In this document: one piece after another, positions 50,561-62,768 of the stretch | How the letters are laid out: each line of letters starts with the position of its first letter | Numbering within the stretch: position 1 is the stretch's first letter | Assembly: GCA_013239625.1 (NCBI GenBank) | Contig: MU053652.1 | Location: forward strand, 1,800,001 to 1,864,000 | Source of the DNA: Lama guanicoe | Lineage: Eukaryota | Length of the DNA: 64,000 nucleotides | Direction of reading: 5' to 3' | Translations under genes and position numbers: made by a program | The notes under the pieces: model-generated | Database searches by the model: none | Told to the model about the DNA's origin: nothing | What the model saw: the letters and a program-made list of their open reading frames with translations, nothing else

Positions 50561-51674
50561 CTCGGTCACAGCAATTCTTGTTGCTGTTGTTCAGATAACA
50601 GCCCAAAAACCAGCAGCTGGTCCAACCTACCTAAGTTTTATGATTGTCCATCATTCAGTGCATCCCACCACCAACTCCTTTCATCCATGTCTCGTGTGGG
50701 ATTCCTTCGGCAGACGGGTGAATGGATGCTTTGCTTTTTGTTTTCTGAAACAAGCAGTGGAATGGAGTGAGATGGGGTGAGGGGAAGAACCACCTTTTCA
50801 ATGACTGATTTCCTGCCCTGGCAGAGTGTTCGAGAGGGGGCTGCAACCCCACCCTGCCTCCCTGGGAAAACTTGCCCCATCGGTGCTGCCGGGTCCACCC
50901 CTCTGTCCCTGCCCTAATTCACCTAGTTTCCTCTGATATCCACCCACATTCAGCTTATCACTTCATCCTAAAGAGCAGGGAAGTTGGAACCAAATGATAA
51001 AGACAATCACTCAGGCACTGAATCCAATTTCCCTTGGAGCTCAGACCACAAGGTACTGGACGGGACTCAGTTCTGCCAGCGTTCCTGAGGGGCACCTGCT
51101 CCTGCCGGCAGCCTTAAGGGGCTGGAGCCCAGCCAGGCCACGCAGTATCACTCTCGTGCTGCTGCTCCAGGGATGATTCACAGCTGAGGATGAAGCCCGG
51201 CTGGGCTGGGGGCCAAGGCCATCACTGTGCGGTCAGACTTGGGTGGTAATCCCAACTGGTTTTGCATGAGCTCTGGTTTCGTTCAGATTAAGGAAGGACC
51301 TGGCCGGGGTGGACATCTGGTGGCTTGGGGGTGGGGACAGAGGAGGACGGCTATTGGAACCCAAGGCATTTTGATTTTCAGGAATAAACATATCTCTTTT
51401 TCATTCCTTTGCCAGTTTTTGTTGTTGTTGTTTTCATGAGCTTAACGGGAAACCTGTAAAGAAGAATTTGAATTTCATTCATTTATTTCTTCGTTTTTAA
51501 AATAAATATTTTTCAAGCTCAAGTGTGTCCGCTTTAGAATCAGGAATGACTGGCGAAAGCCTCCAGGATTGGATAGGCCAGAGGCACACGCCGACCTCGG
51601 CCCCCGCCTTTCGGTGGCACCGCCAGGAAGCAGACGTGAAACCCACCAGGGAACAGGCTTCCTCATGTAACTAG

Positions 51675-52390
51675 AGCGGTAGGAGAAGCGTGGACTTCAG
51701 AGTCAAGCTGGATTCTCATTCTGTCGTCAGGTTGAATACTCAGGCCAGTTGTCTGATGTTCTGCGTCTCATTTCTCTCATCTATTGTATCAGTGTATTAG
51801 CTGGGGCTTTTGATGTTGCAGAAAACCTTTTTCTTACATTAACAATAAGGAAACATGCCCTGAGTAACCAGAAAGTCCATGCCGCATGGCAGGCTTCAGT
51901 GGCTCAGGGACGTCACCAAAGACCGGTGTTTTTCAGTCTCTGTGTCTGACCTTCCCTGGCTACAGCTCCCCTCCTCCCCTTTTTATAATGAGAGAGCTGC
52001 CAACAGTTCTCAGAGCTACCTGTTTCTCTGACCCTCTCAAGGGTGAGGAGAGATGCTTTCTTCCCCTGTCACGAAACACAGTCCCTGCTTCGCTCTAATT
52101 GCACTTGTTGAATGGTTTGGGTCCGCTTTCTCTCCATCGCTGTGGCAAGAGAGTAACATTAAAGAGGCTTGTTTCTGCTCATGGAAGGCCACCCCAGGAA
52201 GCGGGGTGGAGGGGGTCAGTCCCATTTAAAAGGTGAGAGAGGGTGTGAGGAATACTGTGGGGGCAGGGCGCATGCAAGCCATGACAAATGAGCACTAAAC
52301 CCATCGGGCTGAGAGGATTATATCAACAAGGAATTATGTGCAAAACCATCTCCCAGTACCTGACGTCTAGGAAGGGCTGAAAAATCATGC
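51675..52390. mobile_element. MIR apparently split by an old MLT1-type LTR (~51786-52200)
   Basis: MIR 5' half ending tctcatttctctcatct, then tgtattagctggggcttttgatgttgcagaaa... (MaLR-like); MIR 3' half resumes near 52310 at gagaggatta...cagtacctgac. Confidence 0.45.
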
Positions 52391-53747
52391 TTAAGAGGAA
52401 GACAAGCAAACCAACAGGGGAATCAAAAACCTAAAATCGAATACGTGAGTCACACACTACCCCGGTGTCAGAGTTCACTGAACTCAACAGAAATGAGAGG
52501 CAGCAGACTTTCAGATGAATGGATGCCATCAGATGACACTGATGCGATGTACCTTCTGTGATTTAGTTCCTCTGAATAACTCTTCTGTTCTCTGTGATCT
52601 CGTGAGAGACTAAAAATTAAATATTAAAAATTTAAAATAAGAGTATATAATAGGAAATATTTGGACTGTGATTTTTCCTTTAGTTTTGTTATTGAAATCT
52701 CTACAATTACACTGCAGTATCTCATGCTTAGACAGATGGCATCTACCCAAGTTTGGTGATTCCCCAGCCATCGTCTCTCCCTGTCTCCCTCTGGCTTTCT
52801 CACCCTTCCCACATTCTGGGTAATGTTTGGTCCCAGCTTACATGGATGGGGTTATTAGCTCTGGGCAGTGGTTGTGGCAAACCTATGAGCTCAGACTTGT
52901 GATGATTCCAGAGACCTGGGCCAGGCTAGCATCACGTCAGGTTGGGGAGCCTTTGTCTTCTCTAGACTTGGGGACTGTGGACAAAAGTCTTTCCTGGTTG
53001 TCACATTACCCGAGCAGCTCTAGGAAAAAAACCTGTAGATGGCCAAGAGATGACCTAGTCTGCTAAGTGTTCTCGGAAGATTGAGAATGACTCATGCCCA
53101 AAACACATTTTCCTGGAATGCCCATATCCCCTTCCCTGGAGACATGAATAGAAACTCTAGGAGGTTTGGGGACCCTACATCTTTTCCACAATCTGAGGCA
53201 TAAGCCAGTGGGTTAATGGCCACAACAAGCCCACCTGGTACAAAGCTTCTGGGGTTGGATCCTTGCTGGGTCCCCCCAAGGTACAGCAGTGATATTGGGT
53301 TGCATTTTCAAAGAATCAACCCACATCCTTATATCCAAATTTTTTCTGCTAACAAATGTGGCAAATAATACTGCCTTTCTGTTATAGGATGATGTTTTGA
53401 TCTGAGGCAGCTTCAATTATCCTCTGTTCACCCAAGCCCCAGATTCCTCTCCCCTGAATCAGCCCCGTCTTCTTTTCCAAAGATGTACAAGCAAAGCCTC
53501 AGAGACTCAAGCGAAAGGCACAGTGAGCCAGAGAGACGAACGCCAGATTCTCGGTGCAGCCCGGCTTGGTCTCCCCCTCTCGCCTTCTCGTTGCCGTTCT
53601 CAACACGAGGCCCGTGGTGGGCGGGCGTCACTCCTGCTCCTTTGGGCCTGGCCTCTGGGCACCGTGGAGGCAGAGCTCACCGCATCCGCCTTGCCTGTGG
53701 GAGGGGCTCTGGGCTGAAGCTCGACTGTGGGCAGTGCAGGATCTGAA

Positions 53748-53780
53748 CTCACCTTGGTGTCCCCTTCCTCTTCTCCGCAG
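53748..53780 (+). promoter_or_regulatory. 3' splice site: putative branch point, polypyrimidine tract and CAG
   Basis: ctcAc at 53748-53752, about 29 nt upstream of the exon, followed by ccccttcctcttctccgcag. Confidence 0.85.
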
Positions 53781-53912
53781 ATCCGGGTAGATGGGCCCAG
53801 GGGCAACGCCCTCCAGTATGAGACGGTGCAGGTGGTGGACCCGGGCCCCGTCCTCCGGGATATGGCCTTCTCCAAGGACCACGAGCAGCTCTACATCATG
53901 TCAGAAAGGCAG
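53781..53912 (+). CDS. PLXNA4: Internal coding exon of plexin-A4 (end of Sema domain), 44 codons, phase 0/0
   Basis: Translates to [44 protein letters not shown], recognised as plexin-A4. Flanked by ccccttcctcttctccgcag| and |gtaagg, with GC-rich third codon positions. Confidence 0.95.
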
Positions 53913-53918
53913 GTAAGG
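53913..53918 (+). promoter_or_regulatory. 5' splice donor
   Basis: CAG|gtaagg immediately after the ...SERQ codons. Confidence 0.9.
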
Positions 53919-55724
53919 CTCGCTGAGCTCTGTCGGACATTTGTCTTGCAGCTAAGGACTAGGCTGTGGCTCCTGGAAACCTGCGGGAGGCCGGCTGCAG
54001 AGAGGGAATGTGATTTATTTGGCTCAGTGTGTATCCTTCTGTTCTGCTGCCTGGGGACGGAGGCTGAGAGCGCTGAAACAGGGAATGAAACATTTCAAAT
54101 AGCAAAATATCCGTGAGTCAAGAACAAATCCACTAACTTCAAAATGATGGTGTGTAGAGGTGCAGGGCCAACATCTGCACTCTTTTGAAGTCACATGGTA
54201 CAGGTGCCCAAGGTTTTGGTCCAGATCTCCCTACACACTGTATAATCTCCTGTCAAGGTCACCTTCCTGGATCCTGGAGGTCTATGGTGGGCGAGGATTT
54301 GTTGGCCGAAAAACTTAGTTGAGGGAAGAGTCAGATGGACGGAGAGTCAGAAAACAGGGCCTACGCGTGTGAGAGGACATGATGTAGCCTGTGTCCCGAG
54401 CCTTCAATGTGTACCTGCAGCTCTGACATGGAACCTCCAGCAAATCCCATGAGGTCACACCTGCAGAACAGACATGGTGCAGGGGTTGCTGTTAGCCGAT
54501 GTGGAGTAGGAAGTAGCCAAGTTGGCTTTGCTTCTGGAACTCAGCTGAGAACTAAGTTCTTCAGGGGCCCCTGAGCTCAGAGCAGGACTCACATCTTTGC
54601 AGCGGGCAAAGAAATCCATTTCACCTGGAAAATTCTGTACATTTAAGGGTATTTCCTGGAGGGTCCTAATTTACTGCCCAGAATGTTCCATCCCTCAAGA
54701 CACAGCCCACCCCAGGTGTGGATTAGCGCTGCCGTACCTCTGCCCCGCCGTGTCCGTGTGGGATGGGTCATTCTGGGAGCTGGCCTTCCAGCCCATGAAT
54801 ATGTATACATTAGCTCTGAGTAGCAGAGGCAGATTCCCCCGTCTTATTCATCTTCATTAGCGAGGCCTGAACTCCCCAGAGGGCCTTGCTGACAGAGTCT
54901 GGATTGTTCTGCCCGCCCCCCGTCTGCTCCGTGGGGGAGATAAATGCCACATTATGCCACCCACGGGGCTTGTGCATTATGCCTTGATAGCCCACAGCAG
55001 CTCCACCCACCCCACGAGCTCGATGACATCTTCTTGTGGTGCAGGACCCCCCATTCAGCCACACTGGGGCCCATTGTGGTGCCTCTGTGGAGGCTGCCAT
55101 GGCTTGGGAATGGCCCGATATGGGGCCGAGAGGGGAGCATTTTATGCCAGGAGTCAGGACCGCTGTGAAGCTGGTCCTATACTTTCATTCCCTACTCCTT
55201 TTCAGCGGGACCATGCCCCCCCTCCCGGCCTACCTCCAAGGCCCCAGACACTGAGGGGAAGCAGCTTTCCTTGCTGGAATGAGTTCTTTGGAGAAGATCC
55301 AAGACCTCCTCAGGCACTGAAGATTTCAGGATTTCTTACCTGACCTGAAAGCCAGGATTTCTGCACCTGGGACTTAAAATATCTAAAAACTTCCAAAGAG
55401 GAAAATACAAGAGCTATGCGGAACTCCTCTGGGTTGGGATTCTGAGCTCCCTGACCTCAGTGGTTGCACTTCCCTGAGAGCACGGCCAGTGCAGAGCAGG
55501 CTTGGCGGCAAGGCACACGGGGAGCTCTGGATTATGGGCATGATGGGAAGGAAAGGAAGGTACGGAGTTCACAGAGTCAGGGCCTTCATCCATTATGGAG
55601 CTGCTCCTCACAGAGGAGGGGTGGCCCGCCTCCAATCACGGTCCCAAGGCCCCAGCATCTGGGCAACACTGACATCCAGTTGGGTTGCATGTCCTTTGTG
55701 GGGAGCAGTAATACAGCACGATGG

Positions 55725-55935
55725 TCATGCTCAAGCCTCAGTGTCAGGACATTGGAGCATGAACCTTGGTTCTACTATTTACTAAGTGTGATCTCAGGTT
55801 TAACCTCTTTAAGGTTCTTTGTTCTCAGCTGTCACATGGGGGTAATAATAAAACCCAATTGCTTTGTTCCAAAGATCGAATGGCATAATGCATGTAATCA
55901 GCATGAACCAAGCCGTCACAGAGTGTGGGCTCGAT
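55725..55935 (+). mobile_element. MIR SINE
   Basis: gaaccttggttctactatttactaagtgtgatctcaggtttaacctct...ctcagctgtcacatgggggtaataata. Confidence 0.75.
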
Positions 55936-56499
55936 AAACGAAGACTCCTATTCTTGTGACATTGCAATGGGAGTGTCTGGAAATGGCCATGTTTGAAGTC
56001 GGGCAGGTGGTGGCATCAAGATTCTGGGTGATCTGTCAGGGTGGAGCTCAGGAGTCCAGGTCAAGGCCGAGGCAGGCTTTTTACTTAGCAGGGGTCCAGT
56101 CCCAGAGGAGAGCAAACCCACGCCTGCTGTTTTGAGCGGACAAGAGCAGCTTGGTTGGTTTGTCTGGAGGTATACCAGACCCGAGCCTCAGGACGAACAC
56201 CTGCCCGCCTGCGTCAGCCAATGGGACAGGCTGGGACTGCAGACTGAGGGTACCTGCTCAGCAGTGATGTCAGCTCTGCCTCAGAGGCACTTTGCTGTCT
56301 CATCTGGTGGATTTCTTCTGGCCCCTTGAAACTTCGTTCTGCCGTCACGTTCTCTAATGAGCTCTTCCTGACCTGTGGTTTACACCTCTGTGGCAGCTCT
56401 TCCCAGACTGAGCTGAGCTTTTGTGTCTTTTCTACCAGACTGTCAGGAGCTGGAGGACAGCCCTGTGTCCTCTTTGTCTGCCTAAACCTCACCTTATAG

Positions 56500-56566
56500 G
56501 CCCTCGATATTTCTTTGATGAATAAATAGGTGAATGAAGGAATAAATGAATGAATGAATGAATGAA
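56500..56566 (+). mobile_element. L2 3' tail with (TGAA)n
   Basis: ctcgatatttctttgatgaataaataggtgaatgaaggaataaatgaatgaatgaatgaatgaat. Confidence 0.6.
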
Positions 56567-56870
56567 TCCCCAGTGTCTTCACTGAACCAGAACTGGGAAA
56601 GAGAAGGATTGATACAAATGGGGTATTGCCTTCCTTAACCCCAAGTTTGAATTTATACAATTAAAAGACTACTTCAGATACAGGAAGCATCTCTCAGTCT
56701 TCAGTGATCTGTTTATCACTGCCATGACTTTCGCCCTGTTCTGAACTATTTCTTGCTTTGTGTTTCCATTTACATACGTTTGCTGGTTAAACTTAAGTAG
56801 CCTACTTTAACTAGTTCTTAAATAATAATGTTATGCATCTGACGTGCTGGTTGTATATAACATACCTTAT

Positions 56871-56985
56871 TGTGATACTGTGATTTATAGTAAGAAGTAT
56901 ATATTTGATCTTCATCCCCATTTCTGGCACAGAACCACCACCACAATCCTTGGAACTTCCTGAGTAATAAGAGCAACAGGAGCTA
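56871..56985 (+). mobile_element. MER21-like LTR 5' fragment
   Basis: tgtgatactgtgatttatagtaagaagtatatatttgatcttcatccccatttctggcacaga...ccttggaacttcctgagtaataagag. Confidence 0.65.
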
Positions 56986-58016
56986 TTATTACAGTTATTT
57001 GCAAACTGAATAATCCTATGGCTGGGATATTGTTTCTGTAGTTATGGATGTGTGAGTTCCTCTCTCTTTCTCACCCAGCAAGGGCTGCTTTCCATGCACA
57101 CTTTTTCTTGGAGTGGTTGAGTGCACCCTGTTAGGTATCAGTGTCATTTTGTCAGGGTCTGCCTTCTCTTGCAGTATCATATTGTGTTTCTATCTTTTTC
57201 CTTTCTTCTGCATAACTCTGGATGTCTCCCTAGGGTGTGTGTGTGTGTGTGTGTCCATGCGTGTGCACACATGCACAACTTTCCCGTGTCTGTCCCTGTG
57301 TGTCTCCATCAGCCTCCTTGCTTTGTGCACATCTGCATGTATGTCTATGGTGTGTATTTACTACAGCTGCAATCCTCCCAGAGGAATTTCTGTACACACT
57401 GAAACCAGTGCGATAAAAACCTGCCAAGCTGATGGGAGGGAAGTGAGAGGAAGTGTCAGTGAGGCAGACAAACGAGGAGATGGGGTGGCAGCGCCGGGGC
57501 TATCCTCCAGTGCCCTGGAACGACCACCCCCTGCCGGGGGGTGGGGAGAAGCAGCTGTTCCCCCCACAAGGCGAGTCTCTTTGATAGACCTCAGAGCAAG
57601 TGGCAGATTTCTCAGTAAATTTCAGCATCCCTGCCACCCCACACACCAGCTCCCCCCGCCTGAGAGCCAGAGGCCTTAAACACATGTTTCTGCTTTCGAG
57701 ACACACTTTCAGTTGTGTCTGGGCGAAAGCCATCTCTCATGGTGTTCTTTGTTTTATTGACGCTTGTTGACAGTGGATCTGCTTCCAGGTGCCTGGGAAC
57801 ATCACAGCCAGTCTCCCTTATGAGCAGGTGGCACTCAAGTCCTAGCTGTGAACCAGGACACAGCCATCCACAGGAGCTGAGGAGGTGGGTCCACCTGTGG
57901 TCAGAGTGACCTAGGAAAGCAGGGCCAGGCAGGGGCAGCTCTGTTTGGCTTCCCAGCATAATCCAGTAGTGAAGCAGCAAGGGCCATCTTGCTTTATAAC
58001 AAATCACCAAGCCTGA

Positions 58017-58330
58017 TTCGTTCATTCACTCAACAGATATTCACTAGGTACCTACTATGTGCCAAACACCAGCCTAGGCGCTGGGGACTCAACAGTGAAG
58101 AAACAGGTAAATAGCCCTGACTTCAGGAGCTTGCGGTTTTCACAAGAGGAAGAAGCCAAGAAGAATCAGCCTGTGGGATAAGCCCTACAGCAGGTTAGCA
58201 GGTGATCAGTGCTGCGGAGCAGGGGCAGGTGATCGGGAGGACTGTTCAGGGTGAAAGAGTTGACATTTTAAACAGCATGATCAGAAAAGGCTTCCCAGGG
58301 AGCAAGGGTGTCAAAGTGAAGGAGCCTGTT
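58017..58330 (-). mobile_element. L2 3' fragment
   Basis: ttcgttcattcactcaacagatattcactaggtacctactatgtgccaaacacc...ggcgctggggactcaacagtgaa. Confidence 0.8.
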
Positions 58331-59229
58331 GAGGACCCCGATCCCCTTCCCTGTTTTTTGTGTTTCTTTTCGAGCTCTTTGCTTGAGGATGTGAAACTGA
58401 GAGATGGTGAAGCCTGCAGCATGGGGGGAGAGAGGGGGTTGGTGAGAGGATGCTTTGTGAATGTGATTTGTACCATGTTGTGAGTTTCAGAAGGAAGCTC
58501 AGTTCAGGGGAAGGTAGTATTGGGGTTCAAGATAGACAGGCTTCAACCCCTAATTGAGTGGAGCCTCTGCTGGGGACTCTCCGTGTGATAAGGGGACCGT
58601 TACTTCTCCTCTGTGCCTCAGTGGCCCTTCCTGCCCCCTGCCTGCTTCCCAGAATGACCCAAGAGTAGCCAATGTGAAATCTGACAATCTTGGGAGTCAA
58701 TGGACATGGATCTCAAACAAGGAGCAGGGGTGGAGGTAGTTCCTGCTGCCCAAGGTGATGGGCTCCTGTAAGAATGATTCCACTCTCTTGGTGCTGGGTT
58801 CCCAGGCATGTGTCGTCCCTCCTGCCACCTCTGCAGGGCTAAGCTGTCCACTCCAGTTTGCATTGGGATGGCTGACACCTTGACAAGCTCATTTGCTCCC
58901 GGCACCCAGATGGGGCTGTTTCTGATAGCTCCTGGGAGATGGGACATGAAGTACAGTCCTGAGAGTGAGTGACAGCACGCCAGCCACCTCAGGCATTCAC
59001 AGAAAGAGAAAAGCTGTTGCCGTGTTTCACCCAATTGCACTCAGGCGGAAGCCTTCCCGTTTGTCTGGAGCTGATCCCACAGATTCCTGTGCATCATTAC
59101 TGAGATGCTCCACTTCTCCCTTCCTTCTCAATAAATGCAGAATGTCTCTCTGGAAGGGACCCAGATGGGAAAGATGACTTCCTACTCCAATCTCCTGCAT
59201 TCCTTCGGTGCTGGTACCTGGATTCTCCA

Positions 59230-59410
59230 TAGCATCATAAAACTTTAGAACTGGAAAAGCCCTTTCAAGACTTCTCAGGTCCCACTCTCTCTTGCTGCCT
59301 TTCTCCCTACGATTGGTGAGCAAACTGAAGCCCAGAGAGATGCATGGCTTGTCTAGAGTCACACAGCAGGCTGGCAGAGGAGCCAGGTTAGAACCCAGCT
59401 CAGCACCTAC
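59230..59410 (-). mobile_element. MIR SINE
   Basis: gagcaaactgaagcccagagagatgcatggcttgtctagagtcacacagc...ggcagaggagccaggttagaacccag. Confidence 0.75.
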
Positions 59411-59974
59411 TGCAGTGTCTGTGCCAGGCCCCCCTTCCAAGGAGGAATGTGGAGCTCTCCGTGGGTGCAAGAGACCCTCTTCAACTCCGAGTCTACCCAG
59501 CAGGACAGTTCTGTACCCCAATCCTCGGCTGCTGAAACAAGCCTTAGAAGGTAAAAGGACTTGCTGGGCTGAATGGGGTGCTGGGGTGATAGGCCGCTCA
59601 GAACCACCACGCTGCCCCCTGAAGAAAGGCCCGAAGGTTTACCCTTCCTTAGCCCCATCCTGATGCAAGTTGGAACAAGAGCCCCCTTCTATTCTAGAAC
59701 ATACTGGGGTACACAGGGCCATAGACACAACCGGGACACCCCATAAAGGCTGTAGGCAGAGAAGCACCCTGCCACCAACACACTCCTTTCCCAACAGACA
59801 TGCTTCTACAGGGTCACCCGAGAGGACTGAAGTCTCTAACATCTGAATATGCTCAAGGTTAGTAGCCTCCCTGAGACGAAGAAATGACCGTGGCCTGACA
59901 TTTCTCAGACAGTCATGGGGGTGACTGGGAGGCAGAAATGTGTGCAGGATGGAGACCACAGGATGGTCATGAAT

Positions 59975-60150
59975 AGACGTGAACTTGGGGTTTCATCCTG
60001 ACCCTCAGCGCTCACCAGCTCCGCCGCCCAGAACAAGGCACTAGAGCACAGTTTATGCTTCAGTTTCTTCATGTGTGAAACACAAATGCTAATAACCAGC
60101 TTCCAGGGCTTTTAGGATTAAAGGTAATACGTGTGACGTGCCTAGCGTGG
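59975..60150 (+). mobile_element. MIR SINE
   Basis: gcttcagtttcttcatgtgtgaaac...taataacc...aggattaaaggtaatacgtgtga. Confidence 0.65.
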
Positions 60151-61799
60151 GCGGGGTCATCCCTATCTTGACTGTGATTATGAGTACTCCCCGGAAATGG
60201 TTGCTGCTGGGGGGAGGGACACCTGGACAAACTGCTGTTTGGTGGCTAAGGGCCAGTTCAGCTCTGGCCACCAGCTCCCCAGGATTCCTGGGTACCCCCA
60301 GTCCGTTTCAGAATCCCCCAGAAAGGGCTGAGCACTCCCTTCCCACCTGTTAGCACTGCATCCCAGGAGCCTGGACGGTCCAGGGCCTTGGGCTGCCAGC
60401 CCTATCGGACAGAGCTGTTCTCTCCGCGGGGCTTGCTGGGTGTTCTTTTGCAGCTCTGCTTCCACTCTGGGGAAATAATTTAATTTGAGTCCAGCCCCAC
60501 TGGACTTGACGTTATCACAGACTGGCACCTGAATAGCTTCTGGCTCCGCACCTGCCAGGAGTTCTTGAGCAGGTGAGAAAATGGCTCGTCCTCCTTCTCT
60601 GTGCCCCGAGCAAGAGAAGAGCTCATATATAAAGGCAGAGTGAGCGTGGAGCGGGAGGAAAGACAGGAAATCCAAGGGCCAGGTGATTGGGGAAATGCCC
60701 TGGCGGCTCTCCGATCCTGAGCTCCATTCAGCATGTCTCTGGCAATTGCCCTGACAGTCACATCTCCTTTCTACACTGTGTGGTGTCCCGATACTTTCTG
60801 AGCACTTGAAGTGCTGTTGTGAAGACGACCACCTGGAATGTCCCACTTAGCAGCACATGGGAAGACTCCACAGTGCGGGCAGGCCGTGCCAGGGGCCGCG
60901 TCTCTGCCGCCTTTCAGGCCCCTCCCCATGTGGGTTTATTAGTGCCCACTGTCTGGCTCTGGGCAGCATGGAGAAGAGCAGAGGAGGGGCTGTTCTGGAA
61001 GCTCTGTAGGAGCAAGGTGGGCACAAACTCCAGACTATAGGGCATATAGGGAAAGAATGGGGTCCCACTGTGAGAACTGCCTGGAACCCCAAACTCTTTG
61101 TGCAGTTGGGGCTTGAGAAGAGGAGGATGTCAGCCCAAAGGGCCGCTCTCCTCCCAGGTGGGGTGGGTATCACGAGGACTCTGGTCCAGAGGCTGGAGCT
61201 CTTGGGGTGTTTCCCAAGATGAGCTGCAGCTCTGTGGGTGCCCCATCGCCTCTCATAGTGGGTGCAGACGGGACGGCATCTAAATGGAAGTTTTTAAGTT
61301 CGGTGACAACTGATTTGATTTGTGCCTGAAGTTCTGCAGAAAGAGAGGCTGGAAATACCGGATACTTAAATTGTGTACTCAGTCTGAATATTGATGAGAT
61401 GTTTTCAACAGTAAATAGATATGTGTTAATTTGTGCCATTGTTCAAGATGACTTTGTTAGTGTTAGTGATATCACAGGACTTTACTTAACACAATATAGG
61501 TGTAAAAGTAGACATTACAAATGGCAGAATTAGATCTGATCTGAGTCCCTTAAGTGCATTCCACTATTACTGGTGAACAGTGGAGACAAGAATTTGAAAC
61601 TGAACTCAGAGAGGATGTGATTGTTTCAAGGGAGTGCATAATGGTTGATGGGGAGACTGTCTGGATATTCGTTTAAACACAGTTGTGCAAAACAGCGAAG
61701 GAGTGGAGAAACAGGTATAGAAGAGGTATAGCCTCCTCGAAAAGGGTTCGGTGCTGGTGCTGAAGCCTGTCCCGTCCCTGCTGGGTGACTTGAGGGTGT

Positions 61800-62040
61800 C
61801 CAGAGCATGAGCTGGAACCACCAGCCCTGGTTTCCAGTCCTGGCTTTGCCACTTTCTACCTATATGACTTGGAGCAAATTGTTTAACCTCTAGGTACTCC
61901 AGTTTTTTCAACAGTAACATGGGGAGGCCAGTGCCCACTGCCTGGGTGGTTACAATGAGTGAATTAGAAAATGAACATGCAATTCTTAGTGCAGTGCCTG
62001 GCACTTAACAAGGGCTCAACAAATCCTAGCCTTTATTATC
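61800..62040 (+). mobile_element. MIR SINE
   Basis: gtcctggctttgccactttctacctatatgacttggagcaaattgtttaacctct...agtgcctggcacttaacaagggctcaacaaat. Confidence 0.8.
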
Positions 62041-62490
62041 TTTAGTGTGATGGTCTGTTAGAAGGATGCCTGTAATTTATTGAAAAAAAAATTCCAACTA
62101 TAATATTTTTACTTCCATCATTCATACACCCCTATCTCCTCCAGGACATATCAGGAACCTGGTTTGGTTTGTTTGTTTTGGTGCCCAAAATGGTGGCCTC
62201 CGCAGGCCACACTCTTCGGTCAGCTACCTCCCAGCCTGAGTCTGAGCCCCTCAGCTGATCCCGCTGTGGAAAGGAGGTCACCACTCACACCTCAGGTGCC
62301 TTCAGGGTGAGGGGAGAGGCCCCCGCAGGGAATCCTCCTCCCCTGCAGCCACTTTTAATCCATAAGACTTGGAGATAACACTCACTGTAGGGCATCTCAG
62401 GATGGGAGCAGGACGCACCTGACGTGTGACGTGTACACAGAGCCTCCTGCCTGAATCTTGCCTCAGGACCACTGTAGATACCACTGTAAT

Positions 62491-62768
62491 CCAGGGTTCC
62501 CCACATTTTATTCTCAGAACCAAAGTTTTGCAGGATATTAGAAAAAATAAAAACAAAAGCTTTCTTTGATCAAATGCATTTGGGGAAGTCTGAGTTAAGC
62601 AGATACCTTGACTGGCATTTCTTAAACCATAAGTGTGCTAACGAGCATTGTAAATCTCCAAGCTAGGGGTGGGCGGCAAATTTAGGAGATTATGTCTCCC
62701 AGATTCCTTTGACCACAGAATTCACTTTACCAGGAGCACCCTGAGCGGAACCTTCGTTGGGGAAGACT
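62491..62768. mobile_element. hAT-Charlie-type MITE (MER103-like; family uncertain)
   Basis: cagggttcccca...aaatgcatttggggaag...tttgaccacagaa...cgttggggaagact, with imperfect inverted ends. Confidence 0.45.

Larger units (their letters stand above)
1..53780 (+). other. PLXNA4: Intron of PLXNA4 upstream of the 132-nt Sema-domain exon (3' part only; starts before the window)
   Basis: Ends in a canonical acceptor at 53780. No other plexin-like coding sequence was found upstream, and the region is repeat-rich. Confidence 0.85.

Noticed and set aside
53727..53780. N-terminal part of the 129-aa ORF read as a stand-alone gene
   Set aside because: It is the branch point and polypyrimidine tract; plexin similarity is confined to 53781-53912.
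57113..57679. 188-aa hydrophobic, Cys-rich ORF
   Set aside because: Built from TG-rich low-complexity sequence with a non-ATG start and no recognisable family.
60178..60846. 222-aa minus-strand ORF, the longest in the track
   Set aside because: No recognisable homology, non-ATG start and no supporting gene structure; consistent with chance.
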